DNA of 64,000 nucleotides from assembly GCA_013265495.1 (NCBI GenBank), contig MU058781.1, forward strand, positions 4,899,050 to 4,963,049, given 5' to 3'. Below the pieces are notes generated by a model, which was not told where the DNA came from, made no database searches, and saw nothing but the letters and a program-made list of their open reading frames with translations. The position numbers and the translations under genes are program-made. Shown here piece by piece: positions 12,501-25,884 of the stretch. The stretch's first letter is position 1. Each line of letters opens with the position of its first letter. This DNA is from Vicugna vicugna (Eukaryota).

Positions 12501-15500
12501 GACTTGTGTGACATGAATGGAACTTTTGATACTTTGCTTTTCATTAGTGGGGTATGTAATTCACCTACTACATGGGAGTTCTCAGGACCACTCAACCTGG
12601 TGCTAGGTGTGATTCCTTGGGTGGGTGTGCTAACCCCCAGGCTGTAAAGTCTATTCCCTGTCTTGCTTTGACTGGTCTTTTTAGTGGGTGAATTTTGGAG
12701 AGCTGTTAAGTTGGTATGCAGGAAACATCTGACTTCCATTCATATGACTTGGTGGTGTTCTGTCCGTTTAGTATAATTACGAGATGGGGAAGGTCGATTT
12801 ATGGTGCTGGTGCCATGATCTTTCTCGCAGGCCTTATTTCCTTCCAGGTCAGAAATGTATCTTGTTTCCTCTTCGTTGGGAACAATGTGCATGTGAATGT
12901 AAGATGGTTTTAGGTAACAGTCCCAGATCTCAGATGATCTTCTGACCTTATAGTCCTGAAGTCACTTCTGTGGGCTGTTAACTGAATTCTGCTTCCAGGC
13001 TGTGTGTTGGGACATGTCTGTCTCTCTGTGATAATTTTAACTGTCGGAGTCCTGGCCACCTTGAGCAGGCTAACAGTGCTGTGTACTTCACACACCCCCC
13101 CCAATGACCTTTATCTCTTAAAAAAAAAAAAAGTGAAAGAGAAGAGACTGTTTGCAAAAGGAAGTCTTCTATACCCACGCTATTCTTCCTGCATGCGTTA
13201 TGTTAGAAAAAGTGTGATTTTCACTGTTACGTAAAGCTCTTGATGGTTTCTCCTGTGTAGTTTTGAAATGTTCCCTATTCAATGGAAAAGTATGAAATAC
13301 ACCGCAGAACTCCTTCCCCCTCCTAGCCCATTTCTTCCCTTTCTCTACCTGTTATTTACATGACCATCTCCCTCACATATGCTCTTCCCAACGCGGCCAC
13401 ATTTTGAGTGGGGAAAATTTAAAAATTGTTCTTAAATAAAGTTAGAATTTTTCTTTGAAATAGCAGATATAAGATCTACAAAGGCTTCCTTAAGCAGACA
13501 GACTTTTAGTTTCTCTACAGCAGATAGGGAAGTGGTCACAGTGTCTGGGGAAGGCCCCAGCCTCAAAGCTCATATAGGCATTTGCCAGAAACGCCTGCTT
13601 TTCCTGGGCCGGCCACAGTATATATAGGTGCTCAATAAACAAGACTTACCACACTCCATTGACTGGAATTTCTATTCTGTGTTCATAAAACTTATTATTT
13701 ACATGTAAAATATCTTCCTTGGGCAATACTGTATTCTAGGAATTATTGAAGGGGTGCCAGTTAATTTTGCCACTTATTGCTAGATTAGTCATTATTCTTA
13801 GTAAATGGAGATGAGACATCACATTGATGAAAGACTAGGTTTGGAACAGTGCCCAGGCAGGGGCGGAATCACAGTCTCCTCATGGTACCTTCATTGATAG
13901 ATAGTCAATAAGTGTTTTCAACAAATGCAGTTATGTAATTACGTATTTATCAGGAGGGTGTGCAGTACTGAGAATGTCTAAACTCTGGAACTGCAGAAAG
14001 AGGAAGTGTAATTTGGTAACAGTTGGATACCCTATTTTGTGTTTGATTTATTTAAAGTAGCTTTTTATATCACACAGGCATTTTAGTTTCATTTTGGAAC
14101 ATTTAGAAACTGGATGCTGAAAAAAAAAAGAGCAGCATTTGTACCACTCTGATAATTATTAACATTTTGTGTTTATCAATTTTTCCTCTCTCATTTAGTG
14201 GGCTGAAACATGAAGAAACAAAACAGAAACAGTCTCCAAAGCACATTTCATAGAACACTTAGTTTCAAGTCTGGTTTTAAAGTAATTTTCTGCACATTTC
14301 TTCGTAACTGGCTGTAGAGTGTTCCACAGTGCAGCAGGTTGGACTCACCACACGTTCCCTCCCCCAGGAATTTGGCTGTATGATCTCTCCTGCCTCCCCT
14401 TTCCTTAATTCCCTGGCTACTTGATCAACCTATTTGAACAACCCCAGAGGGTGGGTGTGGATGTGGGAACCTGGGGCAGAGCACGCTCAGGGTGGTATGA
14501 CAGCTAGGTGCTCAGCTAGCCCTGCTCTGCCGCCCTGCTGTGCTCCATGTTACAATTTATTAACACCTGGCTTTGGAATAAAGTAATAAACATCCCCCAA
14601 ATCTAGTGCATCTTCATAATTATCTCCTTAGGATACAAAGGAGTGAATTACTTGGTCCAGATATACACTTTTTAAAAGGCTTTTGTTGAGTCTTTTTACA
14701 TAGCTTTTAAATCATAGAGATGCCTTGTGAAGTTTCCTACTTGGTTAAAATTATAGGAAAAAGTTAGGTGATGGTTTTCATTGACAGTGTTTTTCATAGG
14801 GTTCTTCTTCACATTAAGTCTCCTACTTCAAAATGAACATTACTATGATTGTATGAACCTTTTCCATCCCAGTATTTAATTTGTATCCTTATTTACCCAA
14901 TACTTAGGCATTTAATACTAGTACTATAAACTAGTTATTATTTAGTTGCTTTGATTTTAGAGTTTATGTTCATGTTCTAAAATGTGTTGACTGAGTCTAG
15001 GCAAGTAAAATAATGAGGATTGTTGTGAATAACTTTCACTTGTGCAGTCCTAGTTAGGATTTAAAAATTGCCGTTGTGCATGCTTGTCAAATTTGGTTTT
15101 GATTTCTCGGATGTTTCCCCAGAACTTCAAAGGACGGTTGTCATTAAGTTCTCCTTAAATGCAACCAAATCAGCCTACAATTTTGGTGGGCATACTTACT
15201 GCTGGGGGAGTTCAAAGATGGTGACTATTATATTTAAAAACTCCCCCAAAGCTGGGTTGCGATTATATTGAAGAGTGGATGTGTGTTGGAGTTGGAGCGT
15301 ATGATCATCTCTCCGTGTAAAATTAGGCTGTTGTACATCAAAGAAGCCTGTGTACGTATGGTTCCACCCACATCTTGGAGGGGGAAGGGCAGCTTGATAC
15401 CCTGTCACTGTGCCCTCCAACAGTTAGCAGATGTTCTGTGAGTTAATGTGGCCCTTCAGTTATCTTTGACAGAAGCAGGGTCTGGTTAAGATCAGATTGT

Positions 15501-16349
15501 TTAGACTAACGCACGTTGATCTTGGCATAGTAATCAGAAGCCTATGAGCCAGCCAGACGAGGAAAAGCCGGTGGTGAATTGTTAGATTAAAAAACAAAGC
15601 AATTAATAATTGGAGAATAGCTTTGGCGCCCTTGACTCACTTTATAGTCATTTGTTCTGATGTGTGCCGATTTTAGATTTACCCAGGAGGCCCTTTTAAA
15701 CAGCTCCAGAGTATTAGCGGCGTGCTCTCGCTGATCTGGGCGTCAGAGATGGCACCAGCCCCCCCTGGAGCCCTCCAGGGAGATCACGGAGACAACTAGC
15801 CACTGGGTTGCTGTTGCAGCAGTGTAACACCTCACTGTTTGGCATTTGTCCTGGAGCTTCGGATTAATTTAATGTTCGCTTAATCCTAACGTAATGCATA
15901 TGTATTTGAATTGAATGCAAAGTTTGCTTGAGTTTTAGGGGAAGTACATGAAACTGTCACACTTGGGGAGTAAGTGGTGATTTTACAGTTTCCAATGGTA
16001 GCTGTGCTCACCTTCATAGTTTGACTATAAAGTAAGTAGTAGTCAAACCTAAACTGGTTTTGGAAGGAAGAAGGAGGTGTTCACTGATTCGCTCTCTTTT
16101 AAAAAAAATTCAGTAGGTGGTGCTTGAGTATATGATTTCCTCTCTTCCATTCTGTCACGTTCCATGTAACCAAGATGAAACACACTTTGGCATATGGAGA
16201 TTTCCCTGGGTTCACTGGGGTGAGGAATCAGCATGGAGTATGTGGAGCTCTGGCTGACTCAGCAGTTGTGATTGAAAAATAGAAATTTTCTGAAATACTT
16301 CTTTGAATGAGGTTCATCTGAAAGTTGGATAAGCTCTCAGCTATTTTCT

Positions 16350-16500
16350 TAAACAGCTTTATTGAAATATAAGTTTCATACCATGCAATCCCACCCATTT
16401 AAAGTGTGCGATTCAGTGATTTTTTTTTGTAAGTTGTCAAGGTTGTGCAGTCATCACCATAATAGAATTCCACAGCATTCTCAGTCCACAGAATCTCTGC
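16350..16500 (-). mobile_element. L1M 3' end fragment, antisense
   Basis: aacagctttattgaaatataag...cacccatttaaagtgtgcgattcagtg...gttgtgcagtcatcacca. Confidence 0.7.
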
Positions 16501-17649
16501 AAATCAGTAGTAGTAAATTATCTACGATTGTTTCTTTCCATGAATATAGATTATCCATTGTTGATTGGAGCTATTTTGATGGGTTCTGTGCTATCTAGCG
16601 TGTATCTTTATGATGATATGGTGGAAAAAAATTTTAATCCTGGGTTGCCTGTCTCTTCTTGGTCTTGGTTTTAACAGTCAACTCTTAATTAGCTATAATA
16701 GTTTTACCTTCCTACTATTGTAGTGCTTTAGACACCTATTTTCATTAATAACTTAATCCATAAACTGCTGCTAATATTACAGTACACTTCTAAAGACTTG
16801 GATTATGTGCTATTTCGCATCATCTTCTCTTTAATATGGATACTCGAAGTTCCGTTAATTTTTTTTTTGCCAAAGCCTAATTTAATTATAAAGATGAATT
16901 TGCTATTGTTGCAAAAATCATAAAATGCACGTTAAGTGTGACTTCTCTCTGTGTGGCAATTTTAGTAATTTGGTTTTTCTTTTTTTGAAGCTGCAGCTGT
17001 CTTGCAGGCTCAGGGATGATAGTTGGCGGGTATTCCTACTGCTTTCTTGTTACACTTGTCAGAAGTTTCTGTATATTCTTGTATTTCTAAGCTTTGGAGT
17101 AGAGACTTACACGCTACTTCCCATCTATTCATGCAGACAGGTTTCTTTCAAGGCCTATTCCAGAGGGAGAGGATAGGTTCAGGAATGCAGTATGTATGGT
17201 TTCATATTCTTGACTAGGGATGTGCATCTGAACCCCTCGTGGAGCTGCAAAAATTAGAGCTGAGCTCTACCCGCAGCTACTCTGGTTAGGAATAACCGGA
17301 GTGGAGTCCTGCTGTCATGATTAGAGCTGCACCCCAATTTAAGAACTATTTTAAATTCGTTTGTCTTTGTACCAATGGTCAAGTTTATCAACTTACCTGG
17401 TTTAGCCACTGCATTCCTGTTTTCGCCCGTGTAACTGAGAAGGAGCTTTTGATATGAATTAGATAGTGTTTGGAAAAGTAGTTCGTGTCCGGGTGAGAGG
17501 ACGTGATTCAGCTGAAATTCAATTTATAATTAAATATAGCTGACATTTTATTAGTATTGTGTTGGGAATGAAGCAAGACCATCTCTGCATTTTGTGAATT
17601 TTATACTTTTACAGATTTACTCTCCTTTATAACTACTTTTTCCCCTTTA

Positions 17650-17787
17650 TTTTTAAAAATCTGTTTTTTTTAAAATTTTGTTCTGGGGGAGGTAATTAAT
17701 TAGGTTTTTTTTTTTTAATGGATAGAACCCAGAACCACCTCTTTGTGTGCTAGGCATGCACTCTACCACTGAGCTATCCCCTCTCCC
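17650..17787 (-). mobile_element. tRNA-derived SINE (camelid Vic-1-like), internally deleted
   Basis: Minus strand reads GGGAGAGGGGATAGCTCAGTGGTAGAGTGCATGCCTAGCAC (Pol III A box) followed by an A-rich tail. Degenerate target-site duplication ctactttttccccttta (17633-17649) / ctactttattctcttta (17787-17803), 14/17 identical. Confidence 0.85.
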
Positions 17788-17989
17788 TACTTTATTCTCT
17801 TTAGAAGAAATTGTTTAAAGAGCATTTCCATTTTCTTATGCTTTCCTAAAGTAGCATGGGGTAAGGTTCCTTTTTAATAGAGACCTCAGGTTGCCGTGTA
17901 CTGTTTGGGTCGCACTGTGCCTTGGGTAGACCAGAAGGCTTATTAGCTCTAGCTCACAGCTTGGTTACTTTGGGAGGAACTGCTTGGGG

Positions 17990-18115
17990 GTGAACCTCTC
18001 CCCTGCCACTTACTAACTGTGCAATCTGGGTCAAGTTAACCTTTCCTTCGTGGGGTTGTTCTGAGAATTAGTTGTGGTTGTACATGTGAAATCTATTCAA
18101 TAAATGTTTATTGTT
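17990..18115 (+). mobile_element. MIR fragment
   Basis: ctgccacttactaactgtgcaatctgggtcaagttaacct...ggggttgttctgagaatta. Confidence 0.65.
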
Positions 18116-21100
18116 TTTGTTGTTGTTACCCAGCTGTCTATATTTGAAATAATGAATTATTATTAAGTGCGTTTTTTTGGTCTGGAATTACAACTTTTTT
18201 GGGAGCGGGGAGGGTTCAGATGTAGACTGGGACCTTTGAAGAGGTTCAGAGGCTTTCCGTCCTGGTAAATGAACATTGAAGCATCTGGTGAATGCTACTT
18301 TGGAGGTTTAAAGGAATTTAAACGCACTTCCCAAAGATCCTGACTCACATTAATGTATTCATTTATTCATTAGGAGAGTCATTCATTTTTTACTACACAG
18401 TAGCTTATAGCAGGTATTAGAAACTCCTGTTGTTAACACCAATGGCAATCAACATTGAACTCTTTTCCTTCACTGTCTGCTGTCTTGTGGTTTTCCACCA
18501 TTTATTCTTAATTGTCATGTATAGTGGAAGTAATTAAACCCATGAGCCTCCTCCTCTTGTTATAAATGTTTGCACCCCTTTTAAGTTTTCTTGGCTTTTC
18601 CAAATTCTGGTTTTAATCAGCATGCTGATGGTTCTCCGGTTTGTAGGGCAGAACAGTTGGCTTTGGTGTGGCTTTTTTCCTTCTTCCTTCCTGCTTTTCT
18701 GTGTTTGGTTGATGCACCCGTGTACATAAGTCTAAGAACTTCCCTTCTTTTATCTGGGAGGGGGGATGTGGAGTCACTTAAAGAAGCCTTACTGATTACC
18801 TCCAAGAGCATTGTTTGATATCATTGTCCTTAATATGCTCCACTGGATATAAGCGTTTGGATGTTTGTAATTCCAAATAGGTTTTAAATATAGTTGTCAA
18901 TTTTATGTAATTGGACTATTTTATATCAGAAAAAAACCAGGTAGAAGGATTTCCTGAAGCAGTATTTGTTACCTGAGTGGATAGGTGATTAAGTAATCCA
19001 AGCACACAAGGGCGCATGTTATGTAACTGAACATTCAGTGGCTGCTCTGTTTGAATTTGGGGTTGAGAATTTGAATATGTTGATTTAATGCACGATTTCA
19101 TGAACATGTGTGGGGAGGATGTGGAGAGAAAGAAGAGTTGCATGCATGCTTCTCATGAGAGAAATGATTTTTTTTTAAGCAAGAAAGCATTCTTCTAAGT
19201 ATTGTAACTATTTATGCCTTCAGATTCCATTTTGCCTTCCCTAATTATTTATGAGGCTGGTGAGCATTTGTGTGAAGTGTTCAGTTCTCTTTATGTGTGT
19301 TTTAAATTCTTGATATATTGTGTGGTGGTTTATTTTTGAGGATATGAATGAAAATGGGACAAAGAATGAGACATTCTCCACCAAGTACACCAGTGTCTTT
19401 TTGAAAGATACAATTCTGTTGGGATTGAAAAGTTTACTTTTTGTGTATGTTGGTGGTGGCAGCTTGAAATCTGTTTTAAAGGACAAGGAAATTTAATTAC
19501 GTCTCTTAAGTATGCCATTTTCCCTGAATTTTCACTGTAGCAGAGTACTGTGTGTTGGAGGCAAGCTAGTCAGTGTTCTCTAAAATGTATTTTGGAAACT
19601 TCCATCGACTGGTTCAGGCTTTCCATACATTCACAGAATGGTTCAACGTTTTGGTTTGATGTAGCATTTTGTTCCAGATGTTATCTAGTGGATTTTCTTT
19701 TCCTTTTCTAGTTATATTGGAAAAGGCAGAGAGAATTGTTCCTGCTTTCTTCTCAAGTGTAAAAACGTCAAACGCCCAAGTTATCCTTTCTTCTGCATTG
19801 AAACCACTAGAGGGTAAAAAGCCCACAACCAAGCCTTTGCTGACGGAACAACGTTTGGCTGGGTGAGAAGCAGCAGTGCCGGAGGGCAGGGTGGGAAGAG
19901 CCCGCCGGACCACACTTAGCTGCTGACTTAGCACTTACTGTTGACTGCCTCTTCTGCTGGGTGGGTGGGTGGGTGAGAAGACTTGAGCCAGGTAATCGAA
20001 TAAAAATTTAATTGAATGCGATGAAAGAGACAGGTTATAGTATGCCATCTGAAGCACTGGGTGGAAAGTTGAAGACTTGTTAACTGAGGCCATGCAAAGA
20101 ACTCCAGGGACACAGTTGGAAAGGTTTCTTTTTCACATTGATTATGTGTACATTAGGGAGGGAAAGCATTTTCAGTGAGATGGCTAAGACTATCTTGTAG
20201 TGTGAACTCTCCCTTTGACTTGTACTTTAGGTTGCTCTGCTGATCACTATTCTATTAAAAAAAAAAACTCTCCATGAGGTCACCTATGGGTGATGTGGTA
20301 CTGGTGAGTTCTGAAGGACCTCGTTATTTTTAGCTTTTATTTTCTAATCCAAGATGGTAACTTCCTTTGGGTGATGGAAGATACTGAGCAAAAAAATGTA
20401 AAAATGTTCCATCTGAGAACGGAATTTTGTGGGCGGGTAAAATGTTAGTGTCTCCATCCACAGCCACAACCACATTGTGTGTCCTAATTAGGCGCGTGTG
20501 AGTGAAGTGGGTCTCACTGGGTCATCCAAAGAGAATGAGTAGAGAAGTTTTCAGTCAGAACTATTTCCAGGTTGGAAAATTCCCATTTCTATTTCCAGGG
20601 TTGTTCAGTCTGGAGGTAGAAGACAGATTAAAGAGCACAGTTTTAGAAGTGGGATTGGGTTTTGGCATCAGCAACTTGATAATTGCAGTTTTGGCAAAAG
20701 ATCCAGGAGCTCCTGAAGAAGAAAGGAAGGGATGCCATTAAGGGAGGTCTAAACTCAGAGGACACAAGCCTCCATTCCCCCTCCTCAGGCCGCAGTTTTG
20801 TTTGTATCAGTGAGACTGAGGGAAAGTTGAAGATCTGGTGGATCAAAACCCAGCAGTTTCTTATTGTTACTCATCTTAGTGCGAGCAGCATCATTTCTAG
20901 CTGAAATCCTGGACGAGGCAGATGCCATGTGAGTGTAGGATGAAGGCGTTTCTTTTTGTGCCCTTTGATCTCTCGTCACAGATGTCAAATGTGGCCCTTC
21001 TTAGTTTTATCCTCCATCAGATGGTGAAGTTGTAGAGATTGGTTCAGGGGTGGTCGCTGGGCCCACTGCAGCTGAGAGCTAAACGTTGCTTAAGTCCCCT

Positions 21101-21469
21101 GGCTTATTTGTTCAGCTCCATAGATGTACAGCGTCTGTTCTCAAATCTCAGGGCCAGAATCTGGGGAGGTGGATACCCGGGGGACCACAGACTCACCATC
21201 GGCAAGGTCTGCTGGGTGGGCGGCCACTCGGATTGCTCGTCTCTTCGGTGCTGCGTGGTGACCAGGCACCTGCGGTGACCATGCTGTTGGCTGTATCCAT
21301 GAAGAAGGCAGGGTGCATGTCTTCCTGCTCCAGCTTGTGTGGTTTCTTTATCTGGAGACTTGCATCAAAATAGGTATTGAATTACGTGTCCGTCTGGCAG
21401 ATGCTCATTGTACTCCTGGAGACTGTGTAGCTGTTGGAGGAACTTGGGTGGTACTTCAGTGGTACTCAG

Positions 21470-21855
21470 TCATTCTTTGATTCTAAGATGCATTTGGTTT
21501 TCATATTTTAAAATGCTGAAACTAAGAAATCACCTGATGGCGTCTGTGACATAGTTTCCATAGCCTGAGCACGAGTGGATTTGGTCACGGTGGTTCATCT
21601 GACCATTTTTGCAATCAAGTTAGAGACACTGTTGGATCTTCATATGTTGGAATTCACTCCTATTTAAACAAGATTCAGAAAGACTTCATTTCAATGCCAG
21701 ATCATACTGTAAAGTTATTGTGAGTAAACGGCACAGAAATGAAACAGCAGGCTGTAAATTTGATATTAGTGAAACAAATATTGATTGTGGCCACAATTTC
21801 ATATTTTCACGCAAAACAACTGCCAAGTGTTTTATGGCACCTGAAAAAAAGAAGG
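21470..21855 (+). mobile_element. Kanga-like (TcMar-Tc2/pogo) DNA transposon 5' fragment with decayed transposase N-terminus
   Basis: ttgattctaagatgcatttggttttcatattttaaaatgctgaaa resembles the recalled Kanga1 5' end. The downstream frame reads KRHRNETAGCKFDISETNI, like the HGNRAAGRKFxVxExNI helix-turn-helix of pogo/Tc2 transposases. Confidence 0.65.
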
Positions 21856-22639
21856 ATGGCCCCCAGTGGGTGAAGTTCTTTTGGACCTGCGAAGATTGCC
21901 CGTTCCAGGGAGCCTGAAGGCAGGAGGAGCTGGACTTAAAATTCAGAGCAAAAATCTGGTATCTTGCAGCACAATGAAGGGACTGTGTCTGGGTGAATTG
22001 ACAGTCGAGTTTTCTGTCCTAGTGATATGTAACATCCTGGGGACTGTCATACTTGTCCACGTCGTTACTTTTTGGTGAAGGAAGAGGATGTTGCTCACTG
22101 TGCTCGATGAGGAGACTGAGCCTCCTGGAGTTACTGTGTAGTGGGGGAGCCAAGCGTGGGTTAGAATCTCTGGGTGAGCATATTGTCCTCATAGGAGAAC
22201 TGCATGCTAATACTCTGAGTTGGAAGAGAGACATCTTTGGCTGATACTTAAAAGGTGAATATGGGGTGATGAGGGGAAAAGCTGGTAGTGTTTGAGCAGA
22301 GCCCTCCTGGTTTGCTCGCACAGATGGTTGCCACGGTGGTGGGGTTGGTTCTGTTCCCTGGTCACACAGACCCTTCCCCCAATGCAGGGCATTGACATAA
22401 TGAAGCAGGAGGGCTGGATTCTCATCCCTACCTTTCTTAGTGGGGTCTGCACAAGCCGTTCTGACCAGCATTTAGACTTTCTGGATCTTCCCACTGTCCT
22501 CACATGTTTGTCCTGGTGCAGGTGTATAGGTTCTGTCAGAGGGAGGCGCCTCTGAGACAGTTGTTTTGGGCGCCAGTGCTAATGACCATTACTTTTATCT
22601 TTTATTAAATTTTTTTTCCTTTGATACATTTTGTTACTT

Positions 22640-22925
22640 CTTTTTTAAACCCCTTTATTGTGATATGATTCCTGTCCAGTAAACTATACATATTTCAAAT
22701 GTATAATTTGATGAATTTTGATAGATGTGTATACACCAGTGAAACCACTCCCACCATCAAGATAACTAACATTTCTATCACTCCCCAAGAGAAGCAATTG
22801 TCGTATTCCCAATTTATTCCTTCCCTACCCCTTTACCCACTGGTTTGTTCCCTATGTCTGAGAGTCTATTTCTATGTTGTAGGTAAGTTCATTTGTGTGT
22901 TTTTTTTTTAAGATTCCATATGATC
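22640..22925 (-). mobile_element. L1M 3' end fragment, antisense
   Basis: ctttattgtgatatgattc...aatttgatgaattttgatagatgtgtatacacc...gaaaccactcccaccatcaagata. Confidence 0.7.
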
Positions 22926-24119
22926 ATTACTTTTATATTTGCTGACTTTTTTTTTTTTAAGGAGTGACCACTTGATGGGTTAAACTTGGAAGTTATTCTA
23001 GCTTTCTGAAAAGTTGCTGTGTGGTCCCTCTGTGCACACGCTTTTGTGCAGCATTATAAGTTGGATGTTCTGGCATCGGAAGCTGCTGCATTTGGCAGAG
23101 AGACAGCCTGAGTCACTCACTCTCCCTGCTGCTACTTCCACGCTTCCCTGGCCCCTCGCTTCCCCCTGCTGATCACAACCCTGGAGATTGTCTCCACAGA
23201 CTAGTCTGGGCTTGGCTGGAGCCTTGGTAAAAAGGAGCAGATCCTCCTGTATATAGATAAGCTTTTTAAAAAGGAAAATCACTGCTGAATCTTAAGAGGC
23301 CAGGAGGTATTTAACGTCTATGTTGATTTTTCTTATTCTCTTTTATTTTTTTCCCCCATGCATAGTCTCATTTCTGTCAGATGCAGCAGAAGAGCTCAGC
23401 TCTGGCCACACAAACAGGAATCTTCCTTCGCATGAACCCAGTCTTTACTGCCAGCTCATCTTCCCAGCTCCCCTCCTCCCTGAAACTCTGTTTCTTAGAC
23501 TCAAATTAATTTATTGACATATAGTTCTTTGTCACAGAAAGCAAGCGTTTAAGGCTGCTGTAAATCTGAGCACTCATGCTTAGCTGAGACTCCCGTGAGG
23601 CAGGCCCTGCGTTTGGACCACTGAAGCTCTAGATTGTTACCAAGGACCTCTCCTTAGATTCCCCTCCCCGGCCCGCCTCCCCAGCATTAATGTCACACTG
23701 GCTTCTGCCTGCGAGTTGTTGCCTAGTAACACACGCACCGCTGCTGTCCCGCACCTGCCCCGCTGCGGAGTCACTGAGTGGTGCGGGAGGGAGGTCTGTG
23801 TCTGGGAGACAGGAAACTGCTGCATCTCGGGGTTTCCTCTCCCCGCCCCCTTAGTTCTCTCATTTGCTTCCCTAACCTGCTCTTACACATGGGGTTGTCT
23901 GAATGTCTGTTAAGGCGGGCCTGCTGTGTAGGGAACGGACATGGGGTGACGGACACGGGGTGACGTGCCTCCAGCTGGTGGAACAGTTGAAGGGTTGCAA
24001 GCAACTCCACCTATTTCCATTGCTGATGTGATTGTAAGTCTAAATTCTCTGTAAATACTTACCAAATGTGCAAAGTAGATGTGGTATATATAGCATGGCA
24101 GGGGTTATTTCTGTGCACA

Positions 24120-24620
24120 TGACAACTTTATTGAGATAGAGCAATACTTCCTTTCTTTTCGCTGTCGAACAGTTCCATTTATGGATATGTATCACCTTTG
24201 ATCCACTCATCTTTTTGATGGACATTTAAGTTTCCATGTTTGGCCATCACATATGATGCTACTGGCAAAATGTGTGTGCTGCTTTCTGTGTGGACATACG
24301 TTTTCCCTTGTGTTGAGTATACACACCTTGGAGTGGAGTAGTAGCTGGGTCCTGTGGTAACTCGGTTGAACTTTCTGAGGAATAGCCAGACTGTTTTTCA
24401 AAACCACTGCCCCGGTTTTCATTCCTACCACAATGTATGATGGATCCGATTTCTTCACATCCCTGTCAGCTCTTACTATTGTCTTGTCTTTTTGATTGTA
24501 GCCATTCTAGTGGGTGTGAAGTGGTGTCTCATTGTGGTTTTGATTTGCCATTCGCTAGTAACTAACTGCTGCCAAGCACATTTTTTCATGTGTTTATTAT
24601 CCATTTGTATATCTTAGAGT
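24120..24620 (-). mobile_element. L1MB-like fragment, antisense
   Basis: ttgatggacatttaagtttcca...ccagactgtttttcaaa...cattcctaccacaatgtatga...tagccattctagtgggtgtgaagtggtgtctcattgtggttttgatttgc. Confidence 0.85.
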
Positions 24621-25259
24621 AGAAATCTTGAGGTTAATTCATATCATCTTGTTACCTCTGAGAAAGTTTCAGCATATTTATATGTTCTTTATTTAAATTT
24701 CTAGTTTAGTGCTAGTTTTGAAAAGACCGTTTTGGAGATTGTAAAGGAAAAAAACCTTTCTATATTTAGGAAACAATAAAAATAATTACCCAGAAAAGGT
24801 TCTTTTTGAATAATGAAGTAAAAAAGATAAAATTCCAGCCCCAAGTTTAATGCCATTGGGTAAGTTAAATTAACAATTAAAATCCTAGCAATCAGTTGCA
24901 GGCTTCGGAGGGAAGACCTGTCACACGTTAATCCCGTTCCTCACGTGCACCCCACGTTCCTCTTTATTGAGTCCAGCAGTAAAACCGTTGGACCAATTTG
25001 CCACTCCCCTATCCGCTATGATTTCAGTACAGAAAAAAAAAAGTATTTTCAATCAAAACACTCAATTACTTTGCTGTTTCTAGGGAAACATAATAAACTT
25101 TGAGAGATGGTAGTTCCACCCGGTATTGCTGACCTACTCAGGTTCCTGCTTCATTAGTGACGGACTTGAGGAAATGATTGTATTTTTATTTGCACTTAAA
25201 AACAAGTGGGAGAAAATCTTGAGGCCCATTTTCCTTCAGCCCTTCAGGTACATCTTAAG

Positions 25260-25730
25260 GTAGTGGAGGCAGTGTAATGACCCCCAAATATATTCAAGTA
25301 CTTTATGTGGTAAAAGGGTCTTTTACCCCAGATGTGATGAGGTTAAGGGCCTTCAGAGGGGAGATAATTCCGGATGGTCCAGGTCAGCCCATTGTAATCA
25401 CAAGGGTCCTTAAAACACAAGGGTGTAGGAGCATCGGAGGCAGAGAGAGAAAGGAGATGTGAAACCAGAACCAAGAGGTTGGAGTGATGCTCCTTAAAGA
25501 CAGGTGAAGGGTGCACAAGCCAAGGAACACAAGTGGCCCCTAGAACCTGAAAAGGCAAGGAATTGGATTTTCCCTTCAGAGCTTCCAGAAGAAGCCAGCC
25601 TTGCCAAACACCTCCACTTTAGCCCACTGAAACTGACTGTGAGCTTCTGTCCTCCAGATCTGAAAGAGCATGAATTTGTCTTAAGATACTAGTCTGTAGT
25701 ACTTGTTAGCAGCAGCAGCAGTAGGAGACG
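25260..25730 (+). mobile_element. MLT1D-like (ERVL-MaLR) solo LTR
   Basis: aatgacccccaaa...tgtaatcacaagggtccttaaaa...aagccaaggaa...aaaaggcaaggaattggattttcccttcagagcttccagaaga...ctttagcccactgaaact. Confidence 0.85.
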
Positions 25731-25884
25731 AGGCTAAATGGTATCCTTGCTTCTTTATCCTCATTAACAGCGGGGTGGACTTGAATTTGTTAGCGTATGT
25801 GAGGTAATCTCTTTGACCCTAATTACCATATTAACATTTTAGGATGAAAAATAATGAACTGTATAACCCTAGAGAAGTCAAATT

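Noticed and set aside
12830..12853. Possible recursive splice site ttatttccttccAG|GTCAGA
   Set aside because: Donor half is mediocre and such AG|GT junctions arise often by chance in T-rich introns.
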